Part shown: in pieces, positions 37,099-46,321 of the stretch
Layout of the letters: each line of letters begins with the position of its first letter
How positions within the stretch are numbered: position 1 is the first letter of the stretch
Assembly (NCBI GenBank): GCA_964511155.1
Contig: CAZEEJ010000004.1
Location: 1,160 to 65,159, forward strand
Length of the DNA: 64,000 bases
Direction: 5' to 3'
Source: an uncultured Planctomycetales bacterium
Lineage (GTDB): Bacteria > Planctomycetota > Phycisphaerae > UBA1845 > PWPN01
Made by a program: the position numbers and the translations under genes
The notes under the pieces: model-generated
Databases searched by the model: none
What the model saw: the letters and a program-made list of their open reading frames with translations, nothing else
What the model was told of the DNA's origin: nothing

Positions 37099-37465
37099 TA
37101 CTGACGTGTTGATCTGGGTGCTGCGCGGCAATGCGAAAGCCGCCCGGGCCGTGGGGAAGGCCGATGCCCGGGCCATCTCCGTGGTGTCATATATGGAGCT
37201 GCTTCAAGGGGCGCGCGACAAGCGTGAGGTGAAGGTGATCAGGGGCTTCTTGGTCGACCTGGGCTTCCAGACACTCCCATTGACGGAGAACATCGGGCAT
37301 CGGGCGTCCGTCTACGTGGAGGAGTACGGTCTTGCGGTCGCGATGAGCGTGGCCGATGCGTTGATTGCCGCCACGGCCGTCGATTATCGTAGCGCACTGT
37401 TCACCGGGAACCGCAGACACTACAAGCATATCAAGGAGCTTGAACTGAAGCTCTTTCGGCCGTAG
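37058..37465 (+). CDS. vapC: PIN-domain toxin (VapC-like)
   Basis: Acidic residues in PIN spacing: FDTDV, YMELLQG, VADALIAATA, TGNRRHY. The start could instead be the in-frame TTG at 37088. Confidence 0.8.
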   Translation: MSASYDKGGSLIFDTDVLIWVLRGNAKAARAVGKADARAISVVSYMELLQGARDKREVKVIRGFLVDLGFQTLPLTENIGHRASVYVEEYGLAVAMSVADALIAATAVDYRSALFTGNRRHYKHIKELELKLFRP

Positions 37466-37558
37466 GCCCACGCCCGTGATCCGCTCAGCGGTTTCTTGCT
37501 GAAAGCGTCCCACTGCGCGGGCCTGCGAAGCCGCAAGCGGCACGGTGACGCGGCTTGA

Positions 37559-38626
<1,068 letters not shown>

Positions 38627-38722
38627 CCCCGAGCGTCAAGCCCCACGAGCCCGAAGCGCCAGCGCCGGGGCCGCGGAGCGTAGCGACGTACCCCAAGGAG
38701 CCCGCCCCGGCGGACAAGCTGT

Positions 38723-38750
38723 AGTGGTGACGTTTTGCCTCGTCACCACT
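38723..38750 (+). terminator. Strong hairpin downstream of mdh
   Basis: agtggtgacg-ttttgcct-cgtcaccact: perfect 10-bp stem, 97 nt after the mdh stop, with no clear U tract. Confidence 0.4.
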
Positions 38751-38814
38751 GTTCGATGGCTGGCATAGGAGCGTTTCTGCGGAATAGCCGAATAGCGCGA
38801 TCCATCTTGGGCGA

Positions 38815-38843
38815 TTGACTTACCGCTAGTGACTTCGGATAAT
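38815..38843 (+). promoter_or_regulatory. Sigma-70-like promoter in front of the islet operon
   Basis: TTGACT (38815-20), a 17-nt spacer, then GATAAT (38838-43), 33 nt upstream of the ATG at 38876. Confidence 0.4.
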
Positions 38844-38875
38844 GTTTGGGGGAGTCGGCACAAAGGGAGACGATC

Positions 38876-39070
38876 ATGAAGGGTATCAAGAAGGGTCAGG
38901 TGATCCTCCTGGAGCACGAGCCTGAGGTGCCGGATGGTACCGAGGTGGAGATTGTCCTGCCCACCGAGTGGGAAGCGCAGCGAAACAGCCTGCTCTCCGT
39001 GGGCTACCACCCGGACTTCGGCCGCGAAGTCGAGGAGGCCCAAAGGGCATGGAACCCACCCAAGTTCTGA
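38876..39070 (+). CDS. Putative antitoxin (small beta-rich protein, DUF104/AF2212-like by recollection)
   Basis: 64 aa from the ATG at 38876 (RBS gggaga): MKGIKKGQVILLEHEPEVPDGTEVEIVLP… It overlaps the PIN gene by 22 nt. Confidence 0.55.
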   Translation: MKGIKKGQVILLEHEPEVPDGTEVEIVLPTEWEAQRNSLLSVGYHPDFGREVEEAQRAWNPPKF

Positions 39071-39447
39071 TCGACACGAACCTCTTTATCGAGCATATCC
39101 GGGCCAAGCAGAAAGAAACCACCTCGCTGGCCCGCATCCAGGAACAACGCCACCGGTTGGTCACATCCAGTATCGTCGTGGCCGAGCTCTGCTATGGGGC
39201 TCGATCAGACCTGCTGCGTGCCGAGGTTGAGAAGGTTCTTTACGGTGTCGAGATTCTACCCTTCACGGTCCAGATCGCCTGGCAGATTGCCGCCGAAGCG
39301 GAGCGACAGAAGAGCGCGGGGGGGGTCATCGGCTTTCGTGACCTGGCCATCGCCTGCACGGCACTCATCGAACACCTCCCGGTTGCGACACATAACCGGG
39401 CAGAGTTTACTCGCGTGCAGAACCTTCGGCTGTTTGACTGGCGGTGA
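39049..39447 (+). CDS. vapC: PIN-domain toxin (VapC-like), second copy
   Basis: MEPTQVLIDTNLFIEHI…VVAELCYG…FRDLAIACTAL…THNRAEF. Confidence 0.8.
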   Translation: MEPTQVLIDTNLFIEHIRAKQKETTSLARIQEQRHRLVTSSIVVAELCYGARSDLLRAEVEKVLYGVEILPFTVQIAWQIAAEAERQKSAGGVIGFRDLAIACTALIEHLPVATHNRAEFTRVQNLRLFDWR

Positions 39448-39500
39448 CCTTATTCCGGGGGGATCGGGCCTCTCGCCGGCCGGACGCAGAGAGGATCATC

Positions 39501-40364
39501 ATGCGAATACCACGTTATTGGGCGAAGGCGGAGCAGTCCGGCGCGGATCACCGTGGGGGGCAGGTGCGTTTTCGCGTATGGGGATGGTCCTTCGACAGCC
39601 TCGCCGAGGCCACGCGTCATGCGGCCGCGAGGGCCAGATCGATCTGCGATCTGGTTGCCACCGGCGAAAAACGCGATGCGTACGACTACCTCGAGCATCC
39701 GCTGAGAGAGGAGATTGTGCAGTCCGTCGGGGCACCCGGCGAGGAATCGGCGATCATCACGCGTAACCGCTACGGCGTTCTGGTGCTCAATTGCCGCTCG
39801 GTGTGCTTCGCGGACGTCGATCATGCACGAACCGGTTCGGGCGGCATCATCGATGCATTGCGGTGCCTCTTCTCCGCCCGCCACCGACGGGAGAAGGCAC
39901 AGGCGAACCGGCAGGCCACGCTTCAGAGGGTCCGTCACTGGTTGCAGCAGCATCCGGATCATTCCTGCCGAGTCTATGAAACGGCCGCGGGCCTCCGCCT
40001 GCTTTTCACGGACCGGCACTACGACCCGGTTTCCGAGGAGGTCTCATCGCTGCTTTCCCATCTGGGCAGCGATGCGCTATATCGGAGGTTGACGCTGCGG
40101 CAGGAATGCTTCCGTGCCCGCCTCACTCCCAAGCCTTGGCGCTGCGGGTGCCGTCAGCCGCCGAACCGCTACCCATGGGAGCGCGTTGAGGATGAGCGCA
40201 GGTATCGCGCATGGCAGCAGGAGTACGAAGCCAAGGCCCAAGGATACGCCGTCTGCCGTCTGCTGGAGATCCTGGGCAACGGGCTGCTTGATGAGGACTT
40301 GGCCCGGATTGTTGAGTTGCACGATCAGTACGCCTGTCGCCCCGACGACGCCCAACTGGCGTGA
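39501..40364 (+). CDS. Hypothetical protein, 287 aa, unassigned family
   Basis: The ATG at 39501 is preceded by gagagga; the track ORF starts at a GTG at 39444 overlapping the PIN stop. Motifs seen: RYWAKAE…FRVWGWS; ITRNRYGVLVLN…VCFADVDH; RVYETAAGLRLLFTD; CFRARLTPKPWRCGC. Confidence 0.6.
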   Translation: MRIPRYWAKAEQSGADHRGGQVRFRVWGWSFDSLAEATRHAAARARSICDLVATGEKRDAYDYLEHPLREEIVQSVGAPGEESAIITRNRYGVLVLNCRSVCFADVDHARTGSGGIIDALRCLFSARHRREKAQANRQATLQRVRHWLQQHPDHSCRVYETAAGLRLLFTDRHYDPVSEEVSSLLSHLGSDALYRRLTLRQECFRARLTPKPWRCGCRQPPNRYPWERVEDERRYRAWQQEYEAKAQGYAVCRLLEILGNGLLDEDLARIVELHDQYACRPDDAQLA

Positions 40365-40444
40365 GGGTTGGTAAGCTGGGTATCCTCCGAGGTAGTCCCC
40401 GGCGGATGTTGTGTGTGGCGTGGTATTGACCGGAGCGAACCGAC

Positions 40445-40828
40445 ATGTGCTGGATTTGCCTGATTGTGCTCCTCCTCCTGCTGGTGGGGCTGCCTGTCGC
40501 ATGGCTTGTGTCCGAGTTCAAGTCGCAACGGCTATGGGTACGCTGTGTGCTCGGATCACTGGCCATTTTGTGTTGTTTCGTAATCACTTGGCCTGCTGTT
40601 CGCCTCATTTCTGTGTTTGAATACAATGCCTGGTACGGATCAGCGTCCCATGAGCTGATCGAGGCGGCCATTTCAGGAATCGAAGCGGGCCAAACGGACG
40701 TCGTGTTGAAGGAGCTCAAGCATCTGCGGGAGCAATTCGAGCCGACCTACGAGAATCGAGGTCGCTACGACCGGTTGGTGGAGGCCGCGGTACAGAACAT
40801 GACGGTAGCACGAGCTACAAGCCCTTGA
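40445..40828 (+). CDS. Hypothetical small membrane protein (2 TM plus a helical tail)
   Basis: 127 aa with a GGAG RBS 9 nt upstream. TM1 is CLIVLLLLLVGLPVAWLV and TM2 is VLGSLAILCCFVITWPAV. Confidence 0.5.
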   Translation: MCWICLIVLLLLLVGLPVAWLVSEFKSQRLWVRCVLGSLAILCCFVITWPAVRLISVFEYNAWYGSASHELIEAAISGIEAGQTDVVLKELKHLREQFEPTYENRGRYDRLVEAAVQNMTVARATSP

Positions 40829-40957
40829 CCAGGATGGGAGGGCAGCCCCTCGAGAGGTGTAGAGGAGACCAGCGATCTTCGCGATACGAGCCGCAATGCT
40901 CCTTATAGGAGTGATACGAGTCGGTTGGCTGCCGGACACGTGGAATGGAGACGCCCC

Positions 40958-41266
40958 ATGGACTGCCCACACTGTCGAGTTCTGATGAGCGAGGGTTCGT
41001 GCCGGATTCATGGCACGCTGTTCGGTTTCCTGGCCGTCGGTGTATCATACATGAAGCTCTTCTTCACCGACGCCATCAGTTATAGAAAGGTCGAAGTCCT
41101 CCAGCCATGGGTGATGCAGAAGAGCCATTATTGCCCGCGATGTGGCTCGCTCGTGATCAAGGGAGACCTGGATCCGGATGGTGACATCGCCTGTTTGGGA
41201 TGCGGCGCAGTGATACCGGCTGGTCAATCAACGTGCGAGAAATGCGGCTGGACGTTTGAGGCATAG
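40958..41266 (+). CDS. Hypothetical double zinc-ribbon protein
   Basis: 102 aa from the ATG at 40958 (GGAG 8 nt upstream). CPHC…(about 60 aa)…CPRC, then CLGC…CEKC. Confidence 0.55.
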   Translation: MDCPHCRVLMSEGSCRIHGTLFGFLAVGVSYMKLFFTDAISYRKVEVLQPWVMQKSHYCPRCGSLVIKGDLDPDGDIACLGCGAVIPAGQSTCEKCGWTFEA

Positions 41267-41278
41267 CGGATCGCAGGC

Positions 41279-41340
41279 GCGATCATCAAGGACAAGCGTC
41301 GCAACCTGCCCTGTGCAGCTTGCTGTGAGCAGGAGTACGG
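41279..41340 (+). pseudogene. Displaced fragment of an mdh 3' coding region
   Basis: By hand alignment, 62 nt match mdh 38405..38466 with 6 mismatches ([21 protein letters not shown] vs [21 protein letters not shown]). The frame stays open to 41468, with only faint similarity beyond the match. Confidence 0.65.
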
Positions 41341-41474
41341 GGGATGGTGGGAGCTTGTCGAATTCGTGTTCGGTGGTTCCGCGCGGCAGCGATCCGTGTC
41401 GCAAGCGACACGGCTAAACAGAGCCGACGGTCATTGCGTTTTGGCGCTGAGGGGAGTGGGCTTACAATGACCGC

Positions 41475-42230
41475 ATGGCTGACGCGAGCATGATGAGTCG
41501 TGTGCGGGTGGTGCTGGTGCGGCCGCAGATTGCGGGGAACGTCGGGGCGGTGGCGCGGGTCATGGAGAACTTCGACGCGGGAGCGCTGTACGTGGTGGCG
41601 CCCGAGGTCGACGTGCTCTCGCGCGACGCGCTGCAGCGGAGCACGCGGGGGGAGCATCGGCTGCACGAGGCCTGCGTCGTCGCGACGCTCGCCGAAGCCC
41701 TGGAAGGGGCCGTTTACGCGGTGGGCACCAGCCGGCGGACCGGGCCGGTGCACCAGGCGGACGACCGCTTCCCGCGCGACCTGGGCGGGTTGCTGCGGCC
41801 GCACCTGGACGCCGGCTACGCGGCCCTGCTGTTCGGCTCCGAGGACAACGGCCTGTCGCGCGAGGAGTTGCTCCGCTGTGATGCCGTGGTGCAGATTCCC
41901 GCTCAGCCGGCGTATCCGACGTTGAACCTCTCCCATGCCGTGGCCGTCTGCCTCTATGAGTGTTTCCTCGCCCTGGCCGACGTCCGTCATACCGACGCCA
42001 ACCTCCACCCCGTCGGCCAACCCGCCGACCTGGCCCTCATGTCCCGCCTGCTGGATCGGCTTCAGCAGGCCCTGGGCACCATCGGCTATCTGAACCCCGA
42101 CAAGCCGGACCACCTGATGTTCCCCATCCGCGGCATCCTCTCGCGGGCCGGCCTGACCCGCACGGAAGCTCAGATCCTCATGGGCTTGGCTCAGCAGATC
42201 GAGGAGTTTGCGGGGAGAGTGAGCGAGTGA
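41475..42230 (+). CDS. trmJ: SpoU/TrmH-family tRNA 2'-O-methyltransferase (TrmJ-like)
   Basis: VVLVRPQIAGNVGAVARVMENF…LLFGSEDNGLS…IPAQPAYPTLNLSHAVAV plus a TrmJ-type C-terminal extension. Confidence 0.8.
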   Translation: MADASMMSRVRVVLVRPQIAGNVGAVARVMENFDAGALYVVAPEVDVLSRDALQRSTRGEHRLHEACVVATLAEALEGAVYAVGTSRRTGPVHQADDRFPRDLGGLLRPHLDAGYAALLFGSEDNGLSREELLRCDAVVQIPAQPAYPTLNLSHAVAVCLYECFLALADVRHTDANLHPVGQPADLALMSRLLDRLQQALGTIGYLNPDKPDHLMFPIRGILSRAGLTRTEAQILMGLAQQIEEFAGRVSE

Positions 42231-42326
42231 GCAAGTTAGCGAGTTAGCGAGTTAGCAAGTGAGCGAGTTAGCACGGCGGCGAGGGAGCACAGGCCCTGGT
42301 CTCGGCTTGCCGCTTCGCGGTCCGCA
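42217..42326. repeat. Family H module (8-mer GCGAGTKA array plus a 49-nt core), left copy
   Basis: The array 42217..42272 starts inside the last trmJ codons. The core 42272..42320 is cacggcggcgagggagcacaggccctggtctcggcttgccgcttcgcgg. Confidence 0.8.
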
Positions 42327-43667
42327 CTACTCCTCATCGAACGGTTCGTACGGCTCCATGCGCATGGCCAGGTAACGCTGGTCCTGGCGGGCGTTCCAGG
42401 CTCGCCAGCCCTCCTCGGCCGCCCAAGCGACCACCAGCGGCACCCAGATCAGGACCTGCGAGGTGACCGGCATGTGCCAAACGTCCGTGCGGGCATGGGC
42501 ACCCCACACATCAAAGTAGAAAAGCATGGCGCCGCACAGCACCACCCATCGCCAGCGCAGGCCCAGCACCGCGAACAGCAAGACCCAACTGACGTACCAG
42601 TACCGCACGGCCGGCAGCAGAATGAGCATGACCCCGAAGGCCCGGGCTCCGAACTCGTGCATCTCCAACTGGCGACAAGTCGCCAGCCACAAGACATAGC
42701 AGCACAGGGCGACCATGCACAGGGCCGCCGCCGACCAGGCACCCATCACCGGCGCCAGGCACTGGGGAACCAGGCTGTTGAACAACGGCCCGCTGGTGAA
42801 TTCATGGAAGGAGCCCAGCAGCCCCGGCCCGGCGGCTGAGTATGGCAGGTACCCGATGAGGATGACCGCCAGGGCCATCAGTGCCCCCCGCGGATTGCGG
42901 ACCAGCAGCCACACCAGCAGCACCACCGCCACGGCTTTGGACAGCACGGCGAGCCCCAGGCACGCCCCGCACGCATACCACCGCCGCCGCAACGATGCCC
43001 ACCCCGCCAGTGCGATCCACAGCAGCATCAACCCGTCGGGATGCCCCTCCATGGCAAAAGCCACCAGCGTCAGCGGCGCCAGGCCGTAGACCCCCACCCA
43101 GGCCGCGCTCCGCCCTACCGCTCGCGCCCACCCCGCCAGGGCCAGCAGCGCCGCCACCTCGCTCCCCAGCAGCGCCAGCTTGATCGACCCGCAGGCCGGG
43201 TAAACCCACGCCACCGCCGCGAACACCATCTCCAGCAGCGGAGGCTGGGTCGCCGTCGCGGCCGGGTGAGCCACCGCCGCCCAGCGCTCGTCGCGCAGAT
43301 GGGCCATCCGATCATCGTTCGGCGGTGCCGCGTACGGGTTCCAGCCGTCCAACTGGACCCGGCCTTCCCACAGGTAACGGTAAAGCTGCTCCGAACTCGG
43401 CCCGCTAAAGGCCAGCAGACGCAGCGCGATCGCCGCCGTCAGCAGTACCACCGCTTCCTGCGGATGATCCCGCCCGCGCGTGACCGCACGCGACCACACC
43501 AGCCACACGTATCCTGCGAACGCCAAGCCATAAAAGAGTTGAAACGCCGCGAGATGGCGTACCAGAGCCTCGGCGGAATCGATCAGGCCGGCCACCAGGG
43601 CAAAAAGCACCACGCCGGCCAACGCGAGCCACCACAAACCCCGCCGCACTGCCTGAGCCGCGCTCAT
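42327..43667 (-). CDS. Polytopic GT-C-type glycosyltransferase (DUF2029/GT87/PIG-M-like)
   Basis: 446 aa with more than 10 TM segments. The YRYLWEGRV…GWNPY loop motif resembles polyprenol-phosphate-sugar-dependent mannosyltransferases. Confidence 0.65.
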   Translation of the reverse strand: MSAAQAVRRGLWWLALAGVVLFALVAGLIDSAEALVRHLAAFQLFYGLAFAGYVWLVWSRAVTRGRDHPQEAVVLLTAAIALRLLAFSGPSSEQLYRYLWEGRVQLDGWNPYAAPPNDDRMAHLRDERWAAVAHPAATATQPPLLEMVFAAVAWVYPACGSIKLALLGSEVAALLALAGWARAVGRSAAWVGVYGLAPLTLVAFAMEGHPDGLMLLWIALAGWASLRRRWYACGACLGLAVLSKAVAVVLLVWLLVRNPRGALMALAVILIGYLPYSAAGPGLLGSFHEFTSGPLFNSLVPQCLAPVMGAWSAAALCMVALCCYVLWLATCRQLEMHEFGARAFGVMLILLPAVRYWYVSWVLLFAVLGLRWRWVVLCGAMLFYFDVWGAHARTDVWHMPVTSQVLIWVPLVVAWAAEEGWRAWNARQDQRYLAMRMEPYEPFDEE

Positions 43668-43817
43668 GGTTGGTTAGAAAGGTTCACTGAGCCTCAGAAC
43701 GCTGCCTGGTTGCCCCGCTGCCGCTGCTCCGCTGCCTACCGCGGGGGCCACCATAGGTTGGCCCCCCGGCACTGTCAACAGTGGACGACCGGCCGGCGCG
43801 GTGCTAACTTCGTCGCC

Positions 43818-44984
43818 ATGCATCCGGAACTTTTCAGGATACCCGTCATCAACTTGGCCGTACCCAGCTACGGCTTCATCGTCATGGTTTCCTTCCTGGC
43901 AGCGACCTGGTGGACCGCACGGCGCTGCATGAAGGTCAAGGTCGATCCCAACATCGCCCTGAACCTCGGGCTCATCAGCCTGATTGCCAGCATCGCGGGT
44001 GCCCGGGCCTTCTACGTCATCCACTACTGGGAGTCGCAGTTCGCCCAGGACCCGAAGCGGGTGCTGAACCTGTCGGCCGGCGGAGCGGAACTGTACGGTG
44101 GGCTCATCGGGGCCTTTGTCGCCTGCCTTGTGTATCTTCTGCTCAAGCGAGCCTCGCTTCGCCTGTGGGCCGACCTGACGGCACCCGGCATCCTCCTGGG
44201 CATGGGGATCGGCCGCTTCGGCTGCTTCGCGGTAGGCTGTTGCTGGGGCGGGCCTTGCCCTGAGCAACTTCCCTGGGCCGTCAGCTTCCCTTTCGGCAGC
44301 CCACCCCACCAACGGCAATGGGAGAACCGCCTGGTCACCGTGCCCGACCGCCTGATCTTTGTCGAACCTGGCGGTCAGGGCACCCTCCTGAATCATACCG
44401 TGCTCAAGCTCCCGCGGCAGACGCTCCAGAGCGCCGTCCGCCATGCGGAGCAGGGTCTCAAGAAGGCCCGCCGAGCCGGTGACCCGGAGGCCCTGGCCAA
44501 GGCCGAAGAGAACCAGCGGCTAGCTCAACAGGGCATCGGCCTGTTGCTCGAACACTTCGACGACTACGACACCGGCCCCGAGGAACTGCTCGCTTTCAGC
44601 GAGGCGCCCGACCTGCGCAGCCGACTCGTGCACCCGGCCCAGGTGTACGCCGCCATGGGGCCGATCCTCCTCGCCTTGCTGACCAGTGCCTACTTCTACC
44701 GGCGAACACGGCACGGCACCGTGATGCCGCTGGGGTTCGGCCTCTACGCCGTCCAGCGCTTCATCGAGGAGGCCATCCGCGTCGACAACCCGCACGACAC
44801 GCTTGGCCTGACCGTCTCGCAGTCGATCAGCATCGTGATCCTGCTCATCGCCGTCTCCTGCTATTACCTTCTTCAGCGGCTCCCCCTGCGTTCGCCGCGG
44901 GCCGTCGCCTTCGTGCCCCCGACCACGGACGTGCCGGCTCCGCCCGCGAGCGGTCAGACGCAGGCGCCCTCGGCCACGCCGTAG
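43818..44984 (+). CDS. lgt: Prolipoprotein diacylglyceryl transferase with an enlarged periplasmic insert
   Basis: ORF 43041..44984 trimmed to the ATG at 43818. YGFIVMVSFL, GRFGCFAVGCCWG, HPAQVY. There are about 110 aa between PWAVSF and HPAQVY, versus a few tens in the Lgt proteins I remember. Confidence 0.88.
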   Translation: MHPELFRIPVINLAVPSYGFIVMVSFLAATWWTARRCMKVKVDPNIALNLGLISLIASIAGARAFYVIHYWESQFAQDPKRVLNLSAGGAELYGGLIGAFVACLVYLLLKRASLRLWADLTAPGILLGMGIGRFGCFAVGCCWGGPCPEQLPWAVSFPFGSPPHQRQWENRLVTVPDRLIFVEPGGQGTLLNHTVLKLPRQTLQSAVRHAEQGLKKARRAGDPEALAKAEENQRLAQQGIGLLLEHFDDYDTGPEELLAFSEAPDLRSRLVHPAQVYAAMGPILLALLTSAYFYRRTRHGTVMPLGFGLYAVQRFIEEAIRVDNPHDTLGLTVSQSISIVILLIAVSCYYLLQRLPLRSPRAVAFVPPTTDVPAPPASGQTQAPSATP

Positions 44985-45015
44985 CCGCCGTGCGGGAGCG
45001 GTTGGTACGCCTGCG

Positions 45016-45185
45016 CCGCGAAGCGGCAAGCCGGGACCGGAGCCTGTGCTCCCTCGCCGCCGTGCTCCCTCGCTCACTTGCTCACTCGCTCACTCGCTAA
45101 CTCGCTCACTTGCTAACTCGCTCACTTGCTAACTCGCTCACTCGCTGACTCGCTCACTTGCTCCCTTGCTCACTCGCTGACTCGT
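45016..45185. repeat. Family H module, right copy, inverted relative to 42217..42326
   Basis: By hand alignment, the core 45016..45064 is the reverse complement of 42272..42320 with 3 mismatches in 49. It is followed by a CTCACTYGCT 8-mer array running to about 45185. Confidence 0.8.
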
Positions 45186-45292
45186 TGCCTTGCCGCCCTG
45201 CTGCCTCCTCTTGACTTGCCGCCGACGCGTTCCTACGTTGACGGTTTACCGCGGACCGGAGATTCCCGCGGGACAGGCGAGGTGGCGTACCC

Positions 45293-46168
45293 GTGCAGGA
45301 AGCAATCAACAAAGCGTCGGTGCTCATCGAGGCCCTGCCCTACATCCAGGGCTACGACCGCAAAATCGTGGTGGTCAAGCTCGGCGGGTCGGTGATGGAC
45401 GATCCGGTAGCGGAGCGGGACTTGCTCCGCGACGTGGTCTTCATGAACAGCGTGGGGATGCAGCCGATCATCGTTCACGGCGGCGGGAAGGAAATCTCCA
45501 AGGCCATGGACGAGGCGGGCCTGGAGCCCGTTTTCGTGCAGGGGCTGCGGTACACCGACGAACGCACCCTGGCCATCGCCGAGCAGGCCCTGTGTGCCCG
45601 GATCAACCATCGCATCGTGGACACGTTGACGTCGATGGGCGTCGCGGCGCTCGGCCTGCACAGCCTGACGAGCTGCGTGCTCTTCGCCGAGCGGCTCTTC
45701 CTCAGCGGCGAGCACGGCCGGCGGATCGACATCGGGTACGTCGGGCAAGTCCAGGAGGTCAACGCCAAGATCCTGCGGCTGCTCTGCCAGGCGGACACCA
45801 TCCCGGTCATCGCCCCCATCGCCCGGGACCACAGCGGGGGCAAGCTCAACGTCAACGCCGACACCGCCGCCGGCCACGTCGCCGCCGCCATCCAGGCCGA
45901 GAAGCTGGTCATGGTTTCCGATACTCACGGCATCCGCACCGAGAAGGATAACCCCGACTCCTTCTGCACGTCGCTCAATCGGCAGGAAATCGCCGACCTC
46001 ATGCAGCGCGGCATCATCGACCGGGGCATGATCCCCAAGGTGGAGGCCTGTCTGCGGGCCCTCGACGCCGGCACGCGCAAGGCTCACATCATCGACGGCC
46101 GCATCCCTCATTCGCTGCTCCTGGAGATCTTCACCGACAAGGGCGTCGGCACGCAGATCCAGCCGTGA
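45293..46168 (+). CDS. argB: Acetylglutamate kinase
   Basis: GTG start. LPYIQGYDRKIVVVKLGGS…, GGGKEI, NVNADTAAG. Confidence 0.93.
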   Translation: MQEAINKASVLIEALPYIQGYDRKIVVVKLGGSVMDDPVAERDLLRDVVFMNSVGMQPIIVHGGGKEISKAMDEAGLEPVFVQGLRYTDERTLAIAEQALCARINHRIVDTLTSMGVAALGLHSLTSCVLFAERLFLSGEHGRRIDIGYVGQVQEVNAKILRLLCQADTIPVIAPIARDHSGGKLNVNADTAAGHVAAAIQAEKLVMVSDTHGIRTEKDNPDSFCTSLNRQEIADLMQRGIIDRGMIPKVEACLRALDAGTRKAHIIDGRIPHSLLLEIFTDKGVGTQIQP

Positions 46169-46221
46169 AATGACAGAAGCGGGGGGAGCGGCCGCCCCCT
46201 GTGGCGGCCGAGGCCAGTATG

Positions 46222-46269
46222 CCCCCCAGTTGCATTCGGCGACCGGGGAAGTGGAGAACGAGGAATGGG
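46222..46269 (+). repeat. Repeat family A, left half only (hairpin plus purine arm), 54 nt after the argB stop
   Basis: ccccccagttgcattcggcgaccgggg aagtggagaacgaggaatggg. Confidence 0.65.
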
Positions 46270-46321
46270 CCGGAACGCGCAATGGCCGCGGCCGCCGGTC
46301 CGCCTCGCGGGAGGAGTATGC

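Noticed and set aside
39444-39500. GTG at 39444, overlapping the PIN stop, as the start of the 287-aa protein
   Set aside because: It is possible through translational coupling. However, the 19 extra residues look non-descript, and the ATG at 39501 has a much better Shine-Dalgarno (gagagga). I kept 39501 but flag the uncertainty.
38627-41474. Islet as a canonical integrative mobile element or prophage remnant
   Set aside because: I found no integrase, recombinase, transposase, excisionase or phage structural gene in or next to it, and no tRNA at the border. I therefore report only the duplicated mdh fragment and compositional contrast, not a mobile_element feature.
43041-43817. N-terminal 259 aa of the 647-aa ORF containing lgt
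   Set aside because: This part is Arg/Pro/Gln-rich, lacks TM segments and is antisense to the well-supported GT-C membrane protein gene. The Lgt homology begins at the ATG at 43818.
45211-45239. TTGACT-N17-TACGTT as the argB promoter
   Set aside because: The -10 element is weak and the site lies at the edge of a repeat array. There is not enough support to list it as a feature.
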